Shown: positions 46,510 to 51,086 of the stretch, piece by piece
Layout: every line of letters begins with the position of its first letter
Numbering within the stretch: position 1 is the stretch's first letter
From: Klebsormidium nitens
Taxonomy: Eukaryota; Plantae; Klebsormidiophyceae
DNA length: 51,086 nt
NCBI GenBank assembly: GCA_000708835.1
Contig: DF237566.1
Location: 1-51,086, forward strand
Direction: 5' to 3'
Made by a program: the position numbers and the translations under genes
Notes under the pieces: model-generated
What the model saw: only the letters and a program-made list of their open reading frames with translations
Databases searched by the model: none
Told to the model about the DNA's origin: nothing

Positions 46510-49121
46510 TTTGTACACTTATAGCTTGCACCCGGCGAGTCAAAGGGAGGTCAGTTGTGGCAACATTATCATAGATCTACGGATTTTCGAAACCATTCCC
46601 GCTAACTCACTAGCTACCAAGTGCCCGCTTTGCAACCAAACAGTCTTGACAAAGGACTATCAACTCACATTTCGAAAGAGTCACACACTGAAGGAGGCTT
46701 TGCAATCAGCTCTCCCGATTCAGTCACCAAGGGTCTGAGAAAGCGTCAGCCTCTCTGCCTTGAGTGCGTAAAGCGGCATTTTGGTCCTGTCAGTCAATGT
46801 GCTGACAAGCTCACAATCAGCGTAGCAAGGCCCAACCGGACCTCGGTGGGTTCAGCCGAGGTCTGGTTCCAGCGCAAGACACCAGAAGCCTGGGCATGGA
46901 GGCAACTGAAAGAGTTGCGGGGTGAAGAAATTCGCAACTTGCAAGTGAAGGCAGAGGAGGAACGGCCGGGCGGGCGCCGCAAGACAACTGCAGCGCAAGC
47001 AGCAGTGAACAGGGGGCGAAAAGTAGGAGAAATAGCAAGGTCCAGTGCACAAGTGGAGGTAAGCACGGGAATGGATCTTTGAACCCTAGACATGCGTCTG
47101 CTTAGTGCTATTTTATGATGCTTTTCTGCAGCCTGGATATTATATTGTGTGTTTGAACCAGGTGTGCATAACAAGAGTAACCACACAGCAATTGAAGAAT
47201 GCTGATGGATCATACTGTAGCTACATGAGCATTGTCGAGTGTTTGTCTCCCACCATTTGTGACATCATGTCTAAGTACGTTTCTTGTATGGATGCAGGGG
47301 CAACCTCACACAGGGAATGGCGAAGCGTCCGACGTAGAGGATTGCCGAACCATCGTCGACCAAGCTATGATGTATCTTGATGGCCTCGGATCAGAAGAGT
47401 GCACTCTGTACAACGTCGGCGAGCATGGATCCGCAAGTACGGTCTACCTGGCTAGTACTTGGAATCACAATTCCGCTAAGCCCAAACCTCTCGGGCGCCC
47501 TAGCAAAGTGCGCGCGTTGCTTGAGATGGTGCATCGGGACACCATGGGAAACTTGAGCTGCACCTGCGACCGGGGCCGGTTGTACTCTCAGGCGCCGTGC
47601 GTGCACAAGCTTGCGCTACAGGCGTTGGAGCTGCCAGGGCTAGCCAGCGCCAAATCGCTGCAAAAGGGGTCAAGAGTGGTGGAGATAGCATGCGACAGGA
47701 CCGGGGAGCGGGTTTTTGGGGTGTACTGGAACGCTGGTTCGCCCTCACCTCAGCGGACCATGGTCCACTATGGAGAGGGGCCGCAGATGGGCTGGTATTG
47801 TGAGGGGAGGAAGAGCGGATGCAGCAAGACGGCTGACTGTTCGCACATCCAAAGGGTGAAGCGAGCTTTGAGCGAATCGAGCGGTGTGGAAAAGCTCAGC
47901 AGGAGTTCGTTTTCAGAGGAGCAGCTCGAGCTCGCAAAAACGTCTTTGAAGGACGGTCTAGGGGATAGCCGGGGCGGTGACTGCGTGGCGCAGAGCGGGC
48001 AGTGTGCGCCAGACGCCGACGTGGACGGGTACCTTGCGGAGCTGGTCGTTGGCAGTCATGAGAGGGCCGCATGCGAAGGGCCAAGTTGCTTCTGCAAGCA
48101 GCATCCGAGGGTGTTCGGCGGCGCTGATGTGGACGAGGAACCCTGTGCAGCGAGGTGCTGCGCGTCTGCTCAAACGAACGGAAAGCGAGCTCGATCGGAG
48201 CAAGGAGAAAGCTCCAGTGGCGTTGGGGAAGCGAGCGCGAGATCGGGCAAACGGAGAACCAAATCATTTTGGACGGCAAAAGGCACAGAGATGGGGGGGT
48301 CGAACGCTGCAACGGGCAGCGTGGAGGAGGCTGATTTAGAAACAGCCGAGGAGAGGGGGCGGGGAACGGAGAGCGCCCCCCAGGTCGATGATCGGAACGC
48401 GTTCTCGATTCCGGTGTGTAGCCTCTGCGTGTGCCCCTCGAACGTGTGCACGCATGGTGCCTCACGCGGTGCTGCGACGGTGTTGCCCATGGAAGCTGAG
48501 GGCGTGCAGCTGGAAGTGCCCAAGCTCGTTCGGCCGACGGACTCCTGGCAGGTCCACGACCCCGAGGTGTCGCTGCTGCGAAGGCCCGTTCGAGTCAGCG
48601 AGCTCACGGCCCGGGATTTCGAGGAGCTGAGCACTGCGGAGAGTCTCTCCGCCCCGTGCCCTCGAGCACCACCTCCTTGCCGCACCAGATGGTTGGGATT
48701 GTGGCAGAGTGCCCACGTATACGACTTGTATTGGTCGCAAGAGGTAAAGATCGGACCATCGCGCATTGCTCCATTGCCTGCGTCTTTCTTGCTCGAAGAG
48801 CTGATGCATGATTTGGTAGAATCGACACGAAGAATACTCCATTAATGAGTGCAGACGGTTCGTATAAATAGCCGCGCAATGTTTCAGGCTAAGCTTCGAA
48901 GCTTCAACCTGATTCTACTAGCCTGAAGCCTGGATTGAATCAAAGCTCTCAGTCAGCGATGGGCACCATTATGACTCTACTCTTGTGCAGGTCAAGCTCC
49001 GGATCTATTGCTGCGCGTGCCCCGAGAAGCATACTGTTCATTTCAATGGAGAGGCGTTCGGACTGTACGCATGGACGCGAGGGTTGATCGTCACACAAGC
49101 CGCGTGTCAAATGCTGCTACG

Positions 49122-49165
49122 NNNNNNNNNNNNNNNNNNNNNNNNNNNNNNNNNNNNNNNNNNNN
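49122..49165. other. Assembly gap (44 N) with a false 60-bp duplication
   Basis: 49062-49121 is repeated exactly from 49166. Merging the two copies restores the reading frame. Confidence 0.95.
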
Positions 49166-49507
49166 ACTGTACGCATGGACGCGAGGGTTGATCGTCACAC
49201 AAGCCGCGTGTCAAATGCTGCTACGATCCGTTCAGAAGTCAGGAGCTGCTTTCAGCTCGCTCGTCGCAGCAGGAAATGATGTGCGGCGCCAATACAACCC
49301 CGATGCGACGCTCTTGTCGGAGGAGTGTTGGCGTAAGGCGAGCCTTGGCTTCTTCAAGCTGTGCGGGCGGCAGATCATGGAGTGCTGCAGCCTCTGCGGA
49401 CCACATCCTCAGGTGCGTTTTGCAAATGCTCGATGTCCACGTCCGCAATCCGTGGAGGCAGTTGGTGCTTCCAACCACCAATGAGATTCTTAGGCACCTT
49501 TTGGCCA

Positions 49508-49700
49508 TTGCTAACGTCATCGAGTGTGGGCCCATCTCAGGGTGGGCCCGTCTTGGCGTGTCCAAGTGTCCACGATCTGGCACCAGCTTTTGCCGGTCGC
49601 TTATTGCTGACGTCATCACAGCACGAGCCGGTCTCGGCGTGTCCAAATGTGCAAGCTCTGGCGCCAACTTTTTGCGGTCGTGCGTTGCTGACGTTATTAG
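49508..49700. repeat. Degenerate 80-95 bp tandem repeat (about 2.2 units) in a transposase intron
   Basis: Units begin ttgct(a/g)acgt(c/t)at at about 49508, 49604 and 49685, and share tc(t)ggcgtgtccaa..tctggc.cca.cttt. Confidence 0.7.
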
Positions 49701-51086
49701 AGCGTGGGCAACCAAGACATACAAAGTTCGCCCTTTCACAAACAGTGCGTCGTCTTCTTGCGTAGGTCCTTCTGTGCGACGGCATCGCGGGGCTTGCTTG
49801 CGCTGACGGCACGCGTCAGAAGGATGGGCTCGCTGGAACAGATGCCGCCTTGCTTCGGCCCTTCACGGCGCCTAGTCGGGGCTCTGATGGAGTCAACGTG
49901 CGAAAAGGAATGGAGGCCGGAAGCAATTACCTGGCGGCGTCTCTTGCGGGAGGGGGCCTGAAAAAGCGTCTCCTGCATCAACCCGAGCTCCGGACGCTTC
50001 TAGCGCGGTTCAGCGGACACCATGCTGCTGACCCGGAGCTGGGGAAGGCGCTAAGTACACGAGAGTACGAGGAGCTCCTGGTACGCCCGTTCTCTGCTTG
50101 CGGCAGGCCGGATGCTCGAGAGAGACCGGGCCACTGCCAGTCAAAAGGCGCCCCTCATTTTGTAGAGAGAAGGAGGGCCGTTCTGACTGCGGTGGCCGGG
50201 TGTACCTAAGGTTTTGCAAGAAAGGCCACATGCCAGCGCTCTGCTATGAGTTTGATCGAGTTGCAAGCATGGTCCTTTCCTCCCGCAACCTTTTTGGGGT
50301 TGTCATCGCGTTGCAACACATCCCTCTGGTAAACAGGTTCAGTCAAAAGTCGCCCATCATATTCTAGAAAGAATGGAGGCGACTTCTGACTGTAGTATTT
50401 CAGTTCGTTAGATCCGAAAGAAGGATACAGTGCTCATGCACGCTCGCTTCGAGCAGCTGACCTGATCTGGCGTCTTTGCGCAGGTCGCGCTTGCCAGGGA
50501 CGATGTGCAAGTCGTCACAGACTTTGTCCAGGATCCAGATGATGCCGATGCAGATCCGGTGCTCTTGCACTGGCGCCGACAGATCCCGGCTCATCAGGTC
50601 GGCCAGATCCGATCGAAGAACAAAGCGGTGCTCGAGCTGCTCGTCGGCATCAAGGGAGAGGCGAGGCAAGACGACCCCGGCCAATGGCCCCCCCGCTGCC
50701 CTCACAGATGGGCGGAAGTGCTCTACACCCTTGGCGCGCCGTTCTCGGTCTCGGACGACTCAAATCTCATCCAGCATGGAAAGGCCTTGGGGGTGGTCCG
50801 TAAGCTGCTCCTCGGAGGAGCCGCGAACGACGACGACAGGGTCGTGCTGTCCGAGCATTCCCCAATCCTGCGCCGGCTGCTAGATCACTACGGCGACCGC
50901 TTCCACCGTTTTTTCCATCCCGCGCTACATCACCTGTACCGGTTGACGCTATTTGCGCGGGGAGCGATGGGGCTCGGGGTTAGGCGGGCGGGGTGGGCGT
51001 TGTCGGCCATCGAAGGCCTCGATGTCTGCGTCTGGCTGGAGCGGGAGCCAAAACCCCTGAGCTTCGAACAGCAGCAAGCCTTCGAA

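Larger units (their letters stand above)
46621..51086 (+). mobile_element. Spliced KDZ (Kyakuja-Dileera-Zisupton)/HMGXB3-type transposase-like gene with SWIM and CxC clusters; truncated by the window edge
   Basis: SWIM CTCDRGRLYSQAPCVH, a second cluster CEGRKSGCSKTADCSH, CxC4-like PCPRAPPPC...VKLRIYCCACPEKHTVHFNGEAFGL, and CSLCGPHPQ|VLLCDG joined across an intron (49412/49766). The last exon CPHRWAEVLYTLG...PILRRLL stays open to base 51086. The start is uncertain. Confidence 0.75.

Noticed and set aside
49062-49225. 60-bp direct repeat in the transposase exon
   Set aside because: The copies flank an N gap exactly, indicating an unmerged contig overlap.
49239-49739. Minus-strand 166-aa ORF with a repeated HLDTPR peptide
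   Set aside because: It is explained by the intronic DNA tandem repeat and is antisense to the transposase.

Overview
Intron-rich, GC-rich eukaryotic scaffold with two N gaps. It is most likely a streptophyte green alga such as Klebsormidium; this is inferred from a group F bZIP, a plant-type VID27/CYPRO4, TTTTAGGG units and GT-AG introns with GC3-rich exons. From left to right it contains: (1) a decayed tyrosine-recombinase (DIRS-order) retrotransposon with gag, RT-RNaseH-methyltransferase-like pol and an antisense recombinase, set in two nested pairs of inverted repeats (578-8908); (2) seven spliced host genes: SARAF/TMEM66 (+), a 9-exon 666-aa secreted protein of unknown function (-), a prolidase-like amidohydrolase (+), VID27 (-), DNase II (-), a zinc-sensor group F bZIP (+) and a bZIP with a DOG1/TGA-like tail (-); (3) two short TIR elements, one carrying a tRNA-like Pol III promoter, then a spliced SWIM/CxC KDZ-type transposase gene that runs off the right edge. 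Intergenic DNA shows a repeated compositional pattern: GTAC clusters 5' of genes, CATG/TGCA palindrome patches between all three convergent gene pairs, and CpG-poor first introns. All family assignments come from hand-read motifs and recalled consensus sequences; no searches were run.
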